A DNA stretch of 62,571 bases, counting the filler, from Choristocarpus tenellus KU-1152 (Eukaryota > Protista > Phaeophyceae), in the NCBI GenBank assembly GCA_964200185.2. It is 12 parts of 12 records of this genome, joined end to end, with 100 filler letters (N's around TTAATTAATTAA, not from the genome) between each part and the next. Parts side by side here need not be neighbours in the genome. Positions count along the whole stretch, not along the records: positions 38,126 to 43,124 come from CAXNAD020012225.1; positions 43,225 to 47,108 come from CAXNAD020017380.1; positions 47,209 to 53,262 come from CAXNAD020009061.1; positions 53,363 to 55,958 come from CAXNAD020026427.1; 8 more parts are not named here. The stretch is one strand, 5' to 3'. Made by a program: the position numbers and the translations under genes. Below are positions 39,574 to 53,520 of this stretch, piece by piece; position 1 is the first letter of the stretch, and each line of letters opens with the position of its first letter. The notes under the pieces are model-generated. The model worked only from the letters and a program-made list of their open reading frames with translations. It was not told where the DNA came from and made no database searches.

Positions 39574-41444
39574 TGTACACCATCATGTCAGCCACATGAT
39601 AATACATGCTACGTGAATCGACGAAAGCCGCAACATCCGCCAAAGGCGCTAAATCATGATGGTGTGTTTGCGATATTGGTCATTCAGAAATGCTCCAGTA
39701 TAGGCTGCATGAAGGGTGAACGTTTCTTGTATGGGGACTCACCTTCTGGTTCCCTTTGGAGGCATGGTGGCGTTCAGTGGTTGGACTAAGCCTCTCAGTT
39801 GATCGCGGGATTGTTACAGGCGCCCCAGAAAGCTTACCTCCACAGGATGTACAGCTCCAATCTGCCGGCATATGGATGATGCTGATGTACGTATAGGACT
39901 TCTGATGCACAAGTCGTCAAGTATGCTGGATCTCTCACTTGGATTATCGCCAATGTCATCATATAAAAAGGAACTGATCCACGATGTCTTACCATAATTG
40001 GGGACCATAATGACCAAATAATAACAAAATAATCAAGAAGTACAAATATATCAAATCTAGGACTTCAATGCCATAATGGTGTTTATGAAACCGCCATCAA
40101 GACATATCGCCTGTGACAGGATGTCTGCATCGGGTTGACACGTTGGAAATGGGACAGAATAAACAACCAGAAGGAGAGAGGGAAAATGTTTTTCGCATCG
40201 AGTCAGGCCCAGAGAGGATGGCATGTCGCGGTCGGTTCACATCATCCTCGAGCCGTATGCACCTGATCACCTTGCACGAAGAGGAATTCCTGTCGTATTT
40301 TTACCTTCCAACACACCTATTGTTTAGCGTTACGTACAGCGCACAGGGATAGCCACAGATGAGCCCGATTCTCATGGAAGGGATACGCACCTATTCTCTC
40401 TTCACCAAGAAAGTATAGACTTTTCAATCTATTTTTTTTCGGTTGTATAACAGTTTCACAATAATCAAAAAAAGAACGACCGCCTTTACCAAATGTACCC
40501 CTATTAAGTAGTAGTATATATATTGTGGTTATGAACAGGCTAGTTGGGGTATTCCTTTTCCTCAGGAATCAAAAAGGAGATTTAATAAGGGGAATTTTTC
40601 TCTCTTCACAGATGTATTGAAATTTCTATGTATGTCTACGACGGCGTTGAACTAGAACAAATAGAGACATAAAAATGTATATATATAACTCCCCATCCGC
40701 TATTTCTTCATTAGTGTGAGAGGGTCAAAACTTTGAATTTGCATCTTTTTTTTCATATATTTGCAGTTTTGTTGAATTATAATATAGTGCATAACAAAAA
40801 AACTTTTGCCAAACCACATATGCGACAAACCCCACACTCCCTCACTCTATCCACAACAAACCAACGGGCCTGGACAATATAGAGGAATCATTGTCGCAGT
40901 TCTTTGAGAGGACCACGCCCATCGCACCACAGATGTACGATGACGACCCGTCAGCCACTAGGGGATCTGGCTAACAACAGGAATGAACTCGTGGACTCCG
41001 GAGGGGTAGACCCCAGGACATCCCAAAGGCAAGGCCAGGCCTCTGTCGCCGCTAGACACACTCGAATTTAGCCTGTGCGTTCAGTAATTACCTGAAAGAG
41101 GGGTTAGCGCTTGAAGACTAGGCATAGCGAAGCATATGGTCACCATATCCTTCCGAAATCATACATTTGCATCGAAATCAGAGACACGTGGTGTTCACCA
41201 GTTCCACTGTAGCTCCGAACCAGTGACGCACGCATCCTCCCATCAAGAGCTGAACGAAACCTAATGACGAAGTTCGTGTCCTCCGATATCCGCGTTCCAA
41301 TATGTAATGGAAGTAAACGATGTTCCTTCAAGTTTCTGTCTCCGGTCCCAACCCTAACCCTATGCCCCAATCATCACACCGTCCCTCACTCTTACACAAT
41401 AATGAAATTATGCCGAGTCATGTTTCGCTCTTCCTTCATTCGCT

Positions 41445-41717
41445 CGCCTCATGTCATTTTTGCTATACTTTACCGAACAACTAAGTATGGCGAAAGTTGC
41501 AGCGGTCCACATACCAACTTATTTCAAGCCACACGCCTCATATCTTTTTTGCCATACTTTACCATACGACAAAGTATGGCAAAAGTTGCGGCTGTCCACA
41601 TACCAGCTTATTTGAAGCCAAACGCATCATGTCATTTTTGCCGTACTTTGTCCTACGACAAAGTGTGGCGAAAGTTGCGGTGGTCCATATACCAACTTCT
41701 TTGAAGCCACACGCCTC
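41445..41717. repeat. 89-bp tandem repeat, 3 copies, each containing an inverted repeat
   Basis: Units start at 41445, 41534, 41623; unit 2 has TTTTGCCATACTTT-N10-AAAGTATGGCAAAA. Confidence 0.9.
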
Positions 41718-44051
41718 CAATCCATCGCCCTCGACTTTCCACAAAACTCAATCACAATCTCATATCCCCTGTAGAGAAAGAGGCACATACAATGGTATGT
41801 GCATGTGGGGATATGTATTGACCAATATCACATGAAACGTTCAGTATCCCTTCCACCACAAAACCCATCCTACACATTAGTTTACCGTTTGACAGAACAT
41901 GTCAATTGTAGTACATGCCTACGCCAATATTTCTGGGACGACACCCACCAAGCATTTGTCAACTGTTTCCCAAAAAAATCAGATCAAAACACACACTCTA
42001 CCGTTCAATAAACTACCTCAATTCACTTCGTCCTACACATGCTTCATGGTATGTATTCATAACCATTTTGATGTGGCTCGTGAGTGACCGCATACACAAT
42101 GCACACCTTTCCAGGATATGCTAATCGGGGCGGTTTTGGTTCTCAATGTATCCAACACACCCTTCTCCACACTTTCAAGTGGGATGTCATCCAACACAGC
42201 CATACTCCATGGAGCACTCGTGACCAAAATTTGTGCAAGCCCCTTTGCCCGAACAAAGTGGCAGTATTATCTATGCTTGCATCATCAAGATCGATCACTA
42301 ATGTCAAAGGGAAACAAACCCACCTACTCATATCATAACCTTGTTTGAATCCCACTCAGGAAACGGGGACTAAAGAGACTGCCCAAGACCAGTGCCGCTC
42401 ATTCGTAGAAGAAATCCAAAACGAACCAGATCATGGACCACTTCCTCTCCATGTTTGTCAACCATGATGGTCCAGAAGATATGGAAGGAAGCAGCCACAC
42501 TTGGAACGACCTTGCCTCTTGGTTGTTGGACGAAAAAAGCAGATTTGCACCATTGGCGAGCGCGTTGTGAGTTGAGCTGACTTGGGAACAAATTGAGTCC
42601 ACACCTGATCTCCAGGTCAAGACATTCCTAGAATATGTAAAAGAAAGATCTTAGCACCGATCACATGTGCCAGGTATACAAATCCATCCTCCTCAGCATC
42701 GCTCCTGATGTTGAAATAGGCTATGAAGGGGTGACATCGACTTTTCAACCCCTTCTGTCCGTCACTGAACATCTTTGTCACTGAAGACTTCGAGGTGTTG
42801 AGTGCTGGTAGCTTTGTTGATGGAGTGCCAACTATTCACATGTCACGGACGGACAAGGTGAGAAACGCTTCTTATTGCTTCTAAGAGAACAATGTTCCAC
42901 ACAAATGAATCCACACTGTCCATGTGCAGATGTCATATATCCCCTTATATCCCCTCTAACCCAAATAAATTCCTCCCATTACATCCAATCCTGACATCCA
43001 AACCAGTATCATTTCGTTCTCTTAATCTCCAACTGCCACTGACACCTTTCACATAATATTTTGAGTGAAACTATCTTAGAGGGTACGAATTTTTCCCTGT
43101 TTGTCCATTTGTGGGGCTTGGCTTNNNNNNNNNNNNNNNNNNNNNNNNNNNNNNNNNNNNNNNNNNNNTTAATTAATTAANNNNNNNNNNNNNNNNNNNN
43201 NNNNNNNNNNNNNNNNNNNNNNNNTGGCGACAAGTTTGAGGGGGATGTGTGTAGGGGGGGGGGGGAGGGGAGGAACACGAGGGGGAAGGAGGGACAGCAT
43301 AAGCCTTTCCGCATGCAGAAATCAATTGCATGGTTTGATAAAACCACTGCACAGCACTTGCACTCTCTCATCAATCCCATTTTGGACTAAGCAGAACTGC
43401 CAGCCGATACTAAGGTTGTGGGCAGGGATTCCATCCAATTCCACACACCCCACTCCTACCCTTCCGTTCAAAAGATGCATGTGAGACGTCCATGCGGCGT
43501 TCCAAACCACCAATGGGAAGTGAATCAAAAAGTTAACGGAGTCATACAAACCATTCACAAAAAAAAAACAAGAAATGCTGAGATGGAGTAAGCAAGAAGA
43601 GAACTCAAAGCATCCGCACGCACTATCGACTGAGGACATAATGAAATAATGCTGTACCAACACCAGATTGGTGTTGAAAAAAAACGCAATTGTACCTCAC
43701 ATCCACCACCCCATCCACCACCCCACCCCCTGCTCATTCTTATTTTACTAATGTACTCATGCATGCAGTGCTTTTAAATTGGAGGCAATTAGTGGGGGGC
43801 GTGCCGACTTATCCGGGAAATTTCTGATTCCCACCCAGTAAGAAATCAGAAGTGGGGGGGGGGGAGTGGAATATAGCTGTACATATACCACTAACTGTAC
43901 AACAAATCCCATGCATACCATTAACTGTTTCATCCTCAGTCATACCATACCGGCCCACTAAATCAAAAAATCCAATTTTACAAGCTAGATTCAAATAACC
44001 TGGGCAAGACAAACACACAACACAGTGCTATTTCATTTCCTCTCTTCTGAC

Positions 44052-46611
44052 CTGTGTGGCGGCCCAGTGCAGACAGGTCTTCCCCCCTGAGTCTTGAGTC
44101 GTCACATCCAGTCCTTGGTCCACAAGCAAGCGTACGATACGCAGGTGTCCTGAGTAACACCCCCACTCAAGGGAGGTGTGACCATCACAGTCCTTCTGCC
44201 ACAGAAGGCCCTGTAGCAGTAGAGCACACACCATGAGGATTTCAGGGTAAGAATACTCAGTAAGTTTAGATTCAATTGCTATCGGGTTGTCCAGTGTTCC
44301 CAGTAACATTGGGTATACAAACACACTCCAAGATGTAGGGGAAAGACGGGGGCTTTCAGGAGGTAATCTTGTGTGCCTTCAATGTGGAACTATAAATAGT
44401 AAGTCGTTTAGCCAACGGATTCACCAATGGCTGAATTGTGAATGGAAGAGAACATACATCCGCCAACGCTCTGTCTATTGGCCTATCAATATCCAACACA
44501 CCACCCACACCGTCTTCATAGAAGGAACACTTGTTTGCCATGTGTGCTTCTCCAAGCATGTCAAAGACCAGGCCTGGGGTGAACTGTGCGGCTACACAAG
44601 TAATAGTAGCAACAGCATTTTCTGCTGTAGTTCTAGTAGCAGTAAGAGGTAGGGAAGATGGGGGAGGGGGGGAGTGGCATGAATAGCAAAGGGATGAGCC
44701 ACAACAATCAGCATGCTACAGTGACAAAACAACACATGCTTGAGTAAGATGTAAGTGCAGGGAAAGTAGGTACAACAGAAAAAACACAAACCAATTATGT
44801 CTTCCTTCTGATGCAGCATACAAAGGAACTAGATCAATAAGAGTAATTACATCCCATGATCTATCACAAAAGCCAACCTTAAGCCTGCGCACATGAGAAA
44901 GATATTGCAACCCTCTGAAAATAACTTCACTCAAGAGAAAAAGATTGTCCCCCCTCACTCACCCCTACCTTACCCCTTCTGCTGTTGAACATAACGAAAT
45001 CTCTTCCGCCACCCACATAACTCACCTTGGAAGGACTAGAGTCAGTTCCATTTTCACCCAGTCCTCCTGTGGCCCCTGCCCCATCCCCATGTCCCCGTCC
45101 CTTGTCCTTAGCCTTGGGTTCAGCTGCAGCTGCGATGCAGAATGCTAGTGCCCACAACTTCCCATTACGTGCAGCATTATGCAAGACAGTATTCCCAACG
45201 GAGTCTGTCACATGTAAGTTAGCCCCTGCATCCTTTTTTTATTCAAAAAAAAGAATCAACAATGCAAGATCCAGCATTGGTCCAATTTCATCGAAAGGGT
45301 GTATGAGGTGTGGGCAGGAAAGAGAGGCAGTGCAAGAATGGGTAGAGAAGTTGAAGCAAGGCGCTGTCGTACTATATCACTCATCAGGCATGTGCCTACT
45401 CGGCTTGTAGGCTCATGGGGATGGATGATGAATGGAAAATAACTCTCGGTATCACCAGCAGCATCTGATACAAAGTACCATGGGGCTGGAACCAGGACAT
45501 TCTGTATCCTAATCACAGTCAAATTAAAACCCATATAATCCTTTGGCTCTGCGCATTTCAACCAGCCTTCCCTCGTCATCTTCACAACGCCACCAACATG
45601 TGATACTCCACTGATCCACCTGCCATCAACACAGCATACCGTTAGTTTAATTGACCCCACTCACCAGGAACGCTTTCAACACCCCCACGTCCCCCTTGAC
45701 CGCTGAACGAAGAAAGGCCGTCTCCCCGGCATCATTTTTGGACTCCAGAAAGGTGATGACCTCGGAGGCCCCAACGAGAGGGGTAGGTAGTGAGCACTGT
45801 GGGGTGCTCTCGGTTGCAGAGTCGTCCCTGCCGCTCATCCAGATACCACCCCTGCCTCTCTTGCGGGCCTTACGCAGGAGGAAATGTATGAGCTCTGGGT
45901 TGTCGCTCAATGCTCCGTAGTGAAGGAGGGTGTTACCCTCCTGTGGACGTGTTTGGCATTGAGGGGTGTAAGGGGGGGTTGATGTGGTACTGCGTCTAGT
46001 TCAGGAGTTTTCGGTGTTGATATTTTGAAGGTGTGGTATATATGATCAGATCTCCTGCCCAATATCTTCCTTGCAAAAGCGCATGAGGTACAACACGGAT
46101 ATGTACACCCATAGCATCCGTGGTGAAGCAAGGCAGTGGATGCATTGATAGGTTGCTAGGACAACACAATACCAACCTCATCTGGCATCAACATGTCGAC
46201 ACCTTGCCCTTCGCCATCCGCCATGAGCATTCCAACTAGGGGTAGATCACCTCTGGCGCAAGCCACGTCAATCCCCACACCCTTGTAGGACATGTCTCCT
46301 ACACGCTTGGGACTCGCAAATGATGGCGTTGCTGGAGTCCCTTGTGACCAGCCTGAACAAGATTCGACCCCGCCACGCCAACGGATCTCAGTCCCACGGG
46401 GTGTCCAGGTGAGCGGATCGAGGATATACGGGCGCGATGTCACATCTCCTTCACCAATCGCCAAGGCCTTCCTAAGTCCGTCAGATGCTGGGGTAGGTTG
46501 TGAGCCACTATCGCGGGATGTCGACCTGGACCATGACGCAGAGGGTGCACGATCATAATCCGATGATCCTGATTCGGTCCTGAAATCCTCTTCCCCTTCG
46601 TCCCCTGACAT
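44052..46611 (-). CDS. Ankyrin-repeat protein, AKR1/ZDHHC17 palmitoyltransferase-like N-terminus; exons 46611-46177, 45940-45665, 45232-45026, 44210-44052; partial
   Basis: Phase-0 GT-AG exons with ankyrin motifs EGNTLLHYGA, AGETAFLRSA, VGNTVLHNAA, DGHTSLEWGCYSGH, GGKTCLHWAA. No DHHC domain on this contig; the start lies next to a poly-C run. Confidence 0.8.
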
Positions 46612-46615
46612 GGCT

Positions 46616-46646
<31 letters not shown>

Positions 46647-47298
46647 TTTATAAAAAAAACACAAAAAACCCCCCTTTCTTTGATTCACACTTTTTTTTTT
46701 TTTTTTTTTTGTTGGATGTATTAACCTCTCTACTCTACTCTAGAAAAATATATAATTATCCAAGATGAAGGTGTAAAATGTGTGGTGATTGACAGGTGGA
46801 CTTAATGAAGTATTTAACCTTGATTAGGTTGGAAGCAACGAAATCTGTAAGGATTTTATTAACCACAAAAAACATTTTATAAATGCTCCGAATAAATTAT
46901 CTTCAGTTCAATATGATCGGTATAACCAAAGGAGAAGTACGACTACAGAAGAGTGTAAATTCTCAGAAAAACCACATATTCGTTACAAGTGTCAGTTACT
47001 ACCCACAACTCACCATCCACAAAGTATTTCATTACAGTAGGTTACCCGATTTTGTTCACCCATGGGCATGCCCGAAAAAATCGGAACAAAATTGATGTGG
47101 TGCAAAATNNNNNNNNNNNNNNNNNNNNNNNNNNNNNNNNNNNNNNNNNNNNTTAATTAATTAANNNNNNNNNNNNNNNNNNNNNNNNNNNNNNNNNNNN
47201 NNNNNNNNCCCCCCCCCCCCCCCCATCCTCCTCTCTCCAACCCATCACCCTTGTTCATCCGCTGCCTATCTGCCATATCAATAATACGCCACACCAAG

Positions 47299-48696
47299 GT
47301 GGTGTATGATGAGGGGGATGACGAGACGGAGATTGTTCTCAAGGGGGTGGTTAGGGCAGAGAAGCTTCCGGACCCCACAGATTTCGTTGCCCCCATCCTG
47401 GGGCGGGTGAAGGAGGAGTACATTAGACGACTTTACGGAGTAGGTTCGTGGGACGATGCGGAAGACTTCATGACTAAAGTGGCAACAAGGTGGGGGGTGG
47501 TGGGAGAGTTGAGAGGGTAATGCCTAGATGCGTATACTTTTTGTTTGCATGTTTGAATTCTTTGTATCGAGTATGACTTTTTCTTACTTTTACTTTTTTT
47601 TTCTATGATGTGATTTTGAAGTTCCTTTGTATAGAGTACAGGGTTTTTTTCTATTCTTGCGTTTTTTGCTGTGAAGTGGTTTTGGGAAGGTGGGGATGTT
47701 TTTGTTTCCTGGAGTGTCAGGTGTGTGGTACTAATGATGGTGCCTAGACTCTGTCCCTACCCCTAACTCTATGTATTATTAGCTAAGTTTATGTATATAT
47801 ATTGTGGCGCTGATTGGAGGTGAGTGAGTGGTGTTTTTAGATGGATTTGTTGTAACCCTAACGTTATCTTGTTTTTTGTCTCGAGTCTGTTGGTTGTTGG
47901 TGTTGTGTAAGTGATGGGAGTATGTCGCCTCCTTGGTGTGACAAAACCGATCAGGGTCTCTCCTTTGTATGTAGATCGGAGTAAATGCCAAAACATTTGC
48001 AGCACACTGTGCCTTTCCACTTTCTGTTGTTTTGTTTATTTTTTCTCACCACTGGGATGTGGTGGTCATCTCGTTGGTTGTATCATAGCCAGTACAATGT
48101 CAACAGAATGTATAGGAGATCTCTTTCAGATCCTGAAGAAAGTCACACTTTTTGGGTGTCCATCAACCTAAAAGATTATATTATTTTGTATGTGACACAT
48201 GGGTGTAAAAAATGGTAGGTCGGGGCGACTACTTGCTGGGGGAGAGCCAGACTTCCACTCTGTATCAGTGAACCTTATCAATGACTGGCAGCGTGGAAAG
48301 ATCCCCTACTTTGTGCCCCCACCACTGGGTGATGGGGAGACTCCCAAGAGTATTGCAGCAGAGCCGACAGTCAAGGCCCGTTTCTTGCTGGAGAGGGATG
48401 GGAAAGGGGATGATGTGGAGGAGGGGGAAGGGGAAGGGGTGGGAGGAGGTGCAGGTGCTGGTGCTGGTGCTGGTGATAAGGGCAAGGGAAAGCGTAAGCG
48501 TGAGGAGGAACAGGAGAAAGACAATGAGTCGTTAGTGGATGGTGGGGACTCGGAGGGTGGAGATGAGGATGGGTTCGTAAAGGAGGGAGAGGATGGAGGT
48601 GAGGTCAAGGAGATAGAAGAGGAGGAGGGGGAGGGAGAGGAGGAAGATGGTGATATGCCCTCGGTGGAGACAGGACTGGAATGGGGAGATCTGTGA
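47299..48696 (+). CDS. NOG2: Nucleolar GTP-binding protein 2, last two exons (47299-47489, 48219-48696)
   Basis: [55 protein letters not shown] and an acidic tail with KRKR, matching NOG2/GNL2. Confidence 0.92.
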
Positions 48697-50613
48697 CAAG
48701 ACCACCTTGTCACTTGCTCCCAGTGATGTTCCGGTTTTGTTGCTTTTGATGATTGTGTTTTTTTTACATGAGAGAGTAGGGTATTGTGATCTGTTTTACC
48801 TGCCTGTGTTGTAGAATGGCAACTTTTGTCTTTTTTTCTGTCGAATTTTTGAAACGTTCTTCTTGCGCAGCTAGTTTTCAATTCAAGCAGCTTCAGGTTT
48901 GTGGGTTTATATGGCGATGATGTAGCCGTCCTTTGTGTCGCGTTGTGTGTCTGGATCGCACAATCAGTTACTTCTGGTGGAACAAGTTGGAAAGATTTGT
49001 GGTGGAAGACAGCACACATTTGAGTCACCACTCTTTCAAGGACATTTTCCTTCTTGATCTGTTATTGCACAGCATGAGGACTTGTTTGAGGAAGCACCAG
49101 GAAATTGATGCTGTTGAAATGCAAATGTTTGTGTCCACATTTGCTTGCAATATGGCTATGGTCGTTGGTGTATTACGTATGAACCGACTTTAAGAGTTTT
49201 CAAAGATGTAGACCTTTCACAGTTTGTAGGTAGAATTGAATTCGAACAAGGTGGGGTGAATTGTGTGGGTGATACAACGACTGGCAGATAAATTATAGCT
49301 GTAGTGGCACTGCCCACCTTACGAACTGGGGAACATGTGGGTAGGCAGATCATTCCCTATGTTTGTGCTGGATAATAGTATAGTATGTTCTGTTGAGAAA
49401 CATCAAGGGAGTCAGAGTGTTATTTGCACCTGTATCCCTTCAGCTAAAGGTGTTTGTGAGACCTATTATGGTCCATTGTGCCCATACATGATCCATGACT
49501 ACATGTTCAGCTTCAGCCAGTGTGGTTCTGCAGGTGGTTTGCCCTCATGTTTTTCGATTATATTTGCAGTGATGTGGATGTTTAATTTATGTAGATTGTT
49601 CTTGGTGCACAGTGTTGAGGTGTCTTTTGAGGGAGTGTGTAGGGGCCTTTGCAGATTGCTGGGGGTGAAAGACGTACTCCAGCTTCCTCTGGTAAGCAGT
49701 GGATGTATGTATAAGCTTGTGTGGAACTGTGTTAGGTTATGTGGAGAAAGTTGTTTGTGTTCTTTGTCACTCCCTCCCCCCATTTCCCCGGCCAGTTATC
49801 TGTACTGACGATAATAATATCATTTGTGCTGAATTGAGTGATGGGATGTGAGTAGTTGGATAGATTGCGTCTTTGTCACTGGAGATGGCTGCAGAGATGC
49901 GAGGAAGGAGGAGGGCCTGCTGCAATAGTATTCTTGGTGTTCCCCATTAAGCAGCAGGTGGTGGTTCTTGGTGTAGCATTTGAAAATGGAGTCATGAATG
50001 AGTCATGTGGACAGCAACGATGAGGTGTTCATATTTCATAAAATAAGTTGGTCTCATTAGGATATATGGAGTATCCACAAGAATACGTCATTTCGCTAAT
50101 TTGAAATGTTCCTAGGAACAATTAAGTGACACGCACAAGGACGCCTTTGCCACATTTTATGATCCCTGTAGTCTAGTGCAGGAACAAATCATTTGTATAC
50201 ACTGTGGTGGTGAGATAATAATAGGATATTTTGGTAGAAACAAACCGTACATTTCTGTGAGGACTTCAGCCTTCCCAAGAGAGTTGAACTGAGAAAAAAT
50301 CGTAACGCTCAAATAAAATATTTTATGGAGTACACATTATTTCAAACGACAGGAAAATGTCCATGGGAGCAATTCAAAATACATCAATAAGCCAACCAAG
50401 TGGCAAGTTCCACACACAATACCACATACTCCCTCTGACCCATAAGTCTGGGCCAATAAGTTGTAGCTCTTCGGGATTACCTCTGATTACAAAACGGACC
50501 TTTGTGTTGGATTCCAAGGAATATTTTATATTAAAAACTAGATCTCGCCTTTATTTGAAATTGTCAACCCACCAATCCAGGACAGGCTGCTCGGTCTACT
50601 TTGAATGATCTAG

Positions 50614-51225
50614 TCACCCATCCTCCTGCTGCCTTTTTTTGGTCCTAGTGTGCTCTACCTTGAAATCGTTCCCCCTCAGTGCCCATAACACCTCTGATTG
50701 TACTTCTTCAACAGACTCTGTCACATTCTCTTGAGCATTCTGAGACTTAGTTTGGATCATGCTTGAAACCCCCTCTACATGTTCATCAACAGTGCTGTAA
50801 CGCTCTGCCCAAACCCTGCTCTTCAGAAATGTAACCCCCCAAATCATTGATGTTGAGATCCAGTGATTGCGCTGACTGTGTCACAAGCTGAATGTTCCAT
50901 CCCTCCTCCATCCCTGCTGCGTTCAGCCTTTGCACTGTGCCCTTGGCAGTATGTGGGGTTGCGCCGTCCTGCTGTATGGAGGGCCCCCCCAATTCCAGCC
51001 ACGACATTTTTTCCTTGATTGCTGGCAACAGCTGCTCTGTGTACCACTCCAGGTGCCACATAACCTCAACGGTGAAGTCAATCTTGTACTCCTCACCCTT
51101 CGTGTGCCGTGTTGTAGATCATTGTGCCTCCTTCGTGACGCAAACCTGCCAGATCCTGATTTTGCCGTCGAAATCAAGGAAAGAATGGGAAGGATCAGGG
51201 CGCAAAACGGTGGAGATGAACATTG
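50614..51225 (-). mobile_element. Degenerate Tc1/mariner transposase, catalytic C-terminal part (plant DD39D-like type)
   Basis: MFISTVLRP...FDGKIRIW, IQQDGATPH, QSAQSLDLNINDLG; 40 residues between the last two Asp; frameshifts and stops. Confidence 0.85.
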
Positions 51226-51936
51226 TCCAAGAATAGGACAATCGCAAGGTGTACCCAATTTTGTGTATGTGACATTATGGGATTGGATTGGGTGCATGTG
51301 ATGTAACAATTGAGATAGTGTGCAAGAATAGGACAATAGTAAGGTGTACCCTATTTTGTGTATGTGAGATTATGGCATTGGATTGAGATCTCGTGATGTT
51401 AACTAATGGGGTCGTGCATCTGGATTATGTATGGAGTTAGGTATTGCAATTTTACTACTCTTGCATAGTCGTTGACTTCCATATGAGACACAAATAATAA
51501 TAAACAATAGAAGACACTCACAAGGCGGGGAAAGCTGGTTTTCTGTTACACCGTTTTTGCCGTATGCCATACACCGTTTTACCGATAGAGATTTCCTTGT
51601 CAGGAATCCCTGATTCCAGTGGAGGGTGTTACAAATAGATGGGGTGTGGAATCTTTCAAGAGATCAATCCCACAAGTAGTGGGCATCTCTTCAACCAGAG
51701 ATGATGTCACACATCAAAGATTCTCTTTGTTGTCACGTCTTGACTTTAGTGATGATGCCCCTCTCACAAGATTCTCATCACTCCACAATTTCCTGCAAGT
51801 CCTTGCAGTCTTGCACTTGTCTTACCTCAACCTTGTCCTCTCAGTTACGGTTCATCTTGTTCTGTCTGGTCCGTCTTCCCCGGTGATTCTCTTCACCGCC
51901 CTTGCCTGAGTGTGGATGGGGGCCGCAGGATGATCA

Positions 51937-53060
51937 TTGGAAACCTGGCCCGCTTGGAGACTGTCATTGATAGGCCACACTGGGGGAAAGGGATTCTACG
52001 AGATCACAATGAGGGACTACGAAATTGCTGAAACACCCACAACCACTTCAGAGGCAGTGGTGCACATGGCACATGCCTCCTACATCAAGAACAACGGGGC
52101 ATTTCGGCTCCTGCTTATCCAAGCAACAAAATGGTCAGCATCAGCAATTATAGCCAGATTTGAAAACAAGGGTCAGCTGGACGGCAGAGAGGGGCTTGGT
52201 TAGAATTAGAAAGGGTCCATGGAGGACGCGTGGAGGACGAGATCCCCGTGAAGGTCGTTACACTTGAGGCAAAACTTCAAGGACTCCAGTGCGCAGTGTC
52301 ACGGGACAGCACAGATTATGTCATTAAACTCAAGCGACTATTGGCCAATTTCGAGCAGCTGAAGGAACCAAGGTTGGAAAACGTGAAAGGGGCATATATA
52401 CTACTTGGCATCAGGGACGCCATGCCACATGTGTTTGTGCAATAATTGATAACGCGCTCTGATATCAGGCTATGAGGAGCTCAAACTTACCTCCACTCAG
52501 ACCAAGATGGGCACGATGGGGTATTGGCGATCCACGGCACTGTGAGGAACGGCTAGGGATTAGCTGAAAGCAGCCCCAAACCAAACCAATGTGAATACTG
52601 CTTGAAGATGGACTACGAATGGCAGAGGTACTACTCATACTGGGATGGCGCCTGCCAGAACATTTCCACTACCTCCACCTGGTGGGAACAAGAAAAGCAA
52701 ACGACTACACCAAGGAACAAGGTCAACAGGAACCAAGCGTGCTCCTTCTCCACCTTCAAGGTGACAGCAGACGAGGAGGTTAACAAAAGTGTGGTGCTCA
52801 ACTCCTCCAATGGAAGGGAAGTCGACATGCTGTGCGACTCTGGAGCAAACATCCATCATACACCTGATTGTGAAGACCTGGTAAGCACTCGGGCCACCAA
52901 ACGGACATGCACCTTCAGTAACAATAGGAAACTGGAGGCGAAAGAAACTGGAAATTTGGTTCTAATGCTAACGGACAAGAATGGCAAGCCAACAGGAGTG
53001 ATTCTGAGTGATGTTCTATAGGTGCCAGGTCCACCATTTTTATACTGAGCACTGGAACCA
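51937..53060 (+). mobile_element. Degenerate Ty1/copia gag-protease relic
   Basis: Copia gag-like segment (AIIARFE...DGREG, YVIKLKRL) followed by protease MLCDSGANIH...LSDVL*VPG; multiple stops. Confidence 0.75.
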
Positions 53061-53362
53061 AACGACGTAATGGAGGAGAATTTATGGATTCGGAAACAAA
53101 AGAAAGCTATCTGAAGACCTCCAAGAATTCGCCAAAGATAACCCTTCAAAAGTCTGGGGGGTTCTTAAATCTAGTAGGAAGATTGAGTCAAAGTATCTTA
53201 GAGGGTAGAGTTGCGTCCATTTGGGGGCCAAAATCCAATGTTGCAATTTTGATGTAGTTTTGNNNNNNNNNNNNNNNNNNNNNNNNNNNNNNNNNNNNNN
53301 NNNNNNTTAATTAATTAANNNNNNNNNNNNNNNNNNNNNNNNNNNNNNNNNNNNNNNNNNNN

Positions 53363-53520
53363 GGAGTGTCGGCGTCCGTTTTTCACCCTTTTTTCGATTT
53401 CACTTTTTTGTGTGATTTGGTCGCAAGTGTCGGATTTGAAACGTCAACAAAAAAAAGAGTTGTTTGACCGAAACGGACGCCCACTCACAAACCACCCCCC
53501 CCCCCCAGATACTTCGACCC
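53363..53520 (+). mobile_element. Third MITE variant (family C) with the same terminus; another end at 55861-55900
   Basis: Ends CCCCCCAGATACTTCGACCC; interior differs from A and B but carries GCGTCCGTTT / AAACGGACGC. Confidence 0.6.

Noticed and set aside
38230-41717. 77-bp and 89-bp arrays as CRISPR arrays
   Set aside because: Whole units repeat with no unique spacers; no cas genes; eukaryotic context.
42380-42860. Protein-like plus-strand stretch ending in a GTGAGA donor
   Set aside because: In-frame stops and no recognisable motif; cannot be assigned.
48306-49031. 241-aa Ser/Pro-rich minus-strand ORF
   Set aside because: Antisense shadow of the acidic NOG2 tail.
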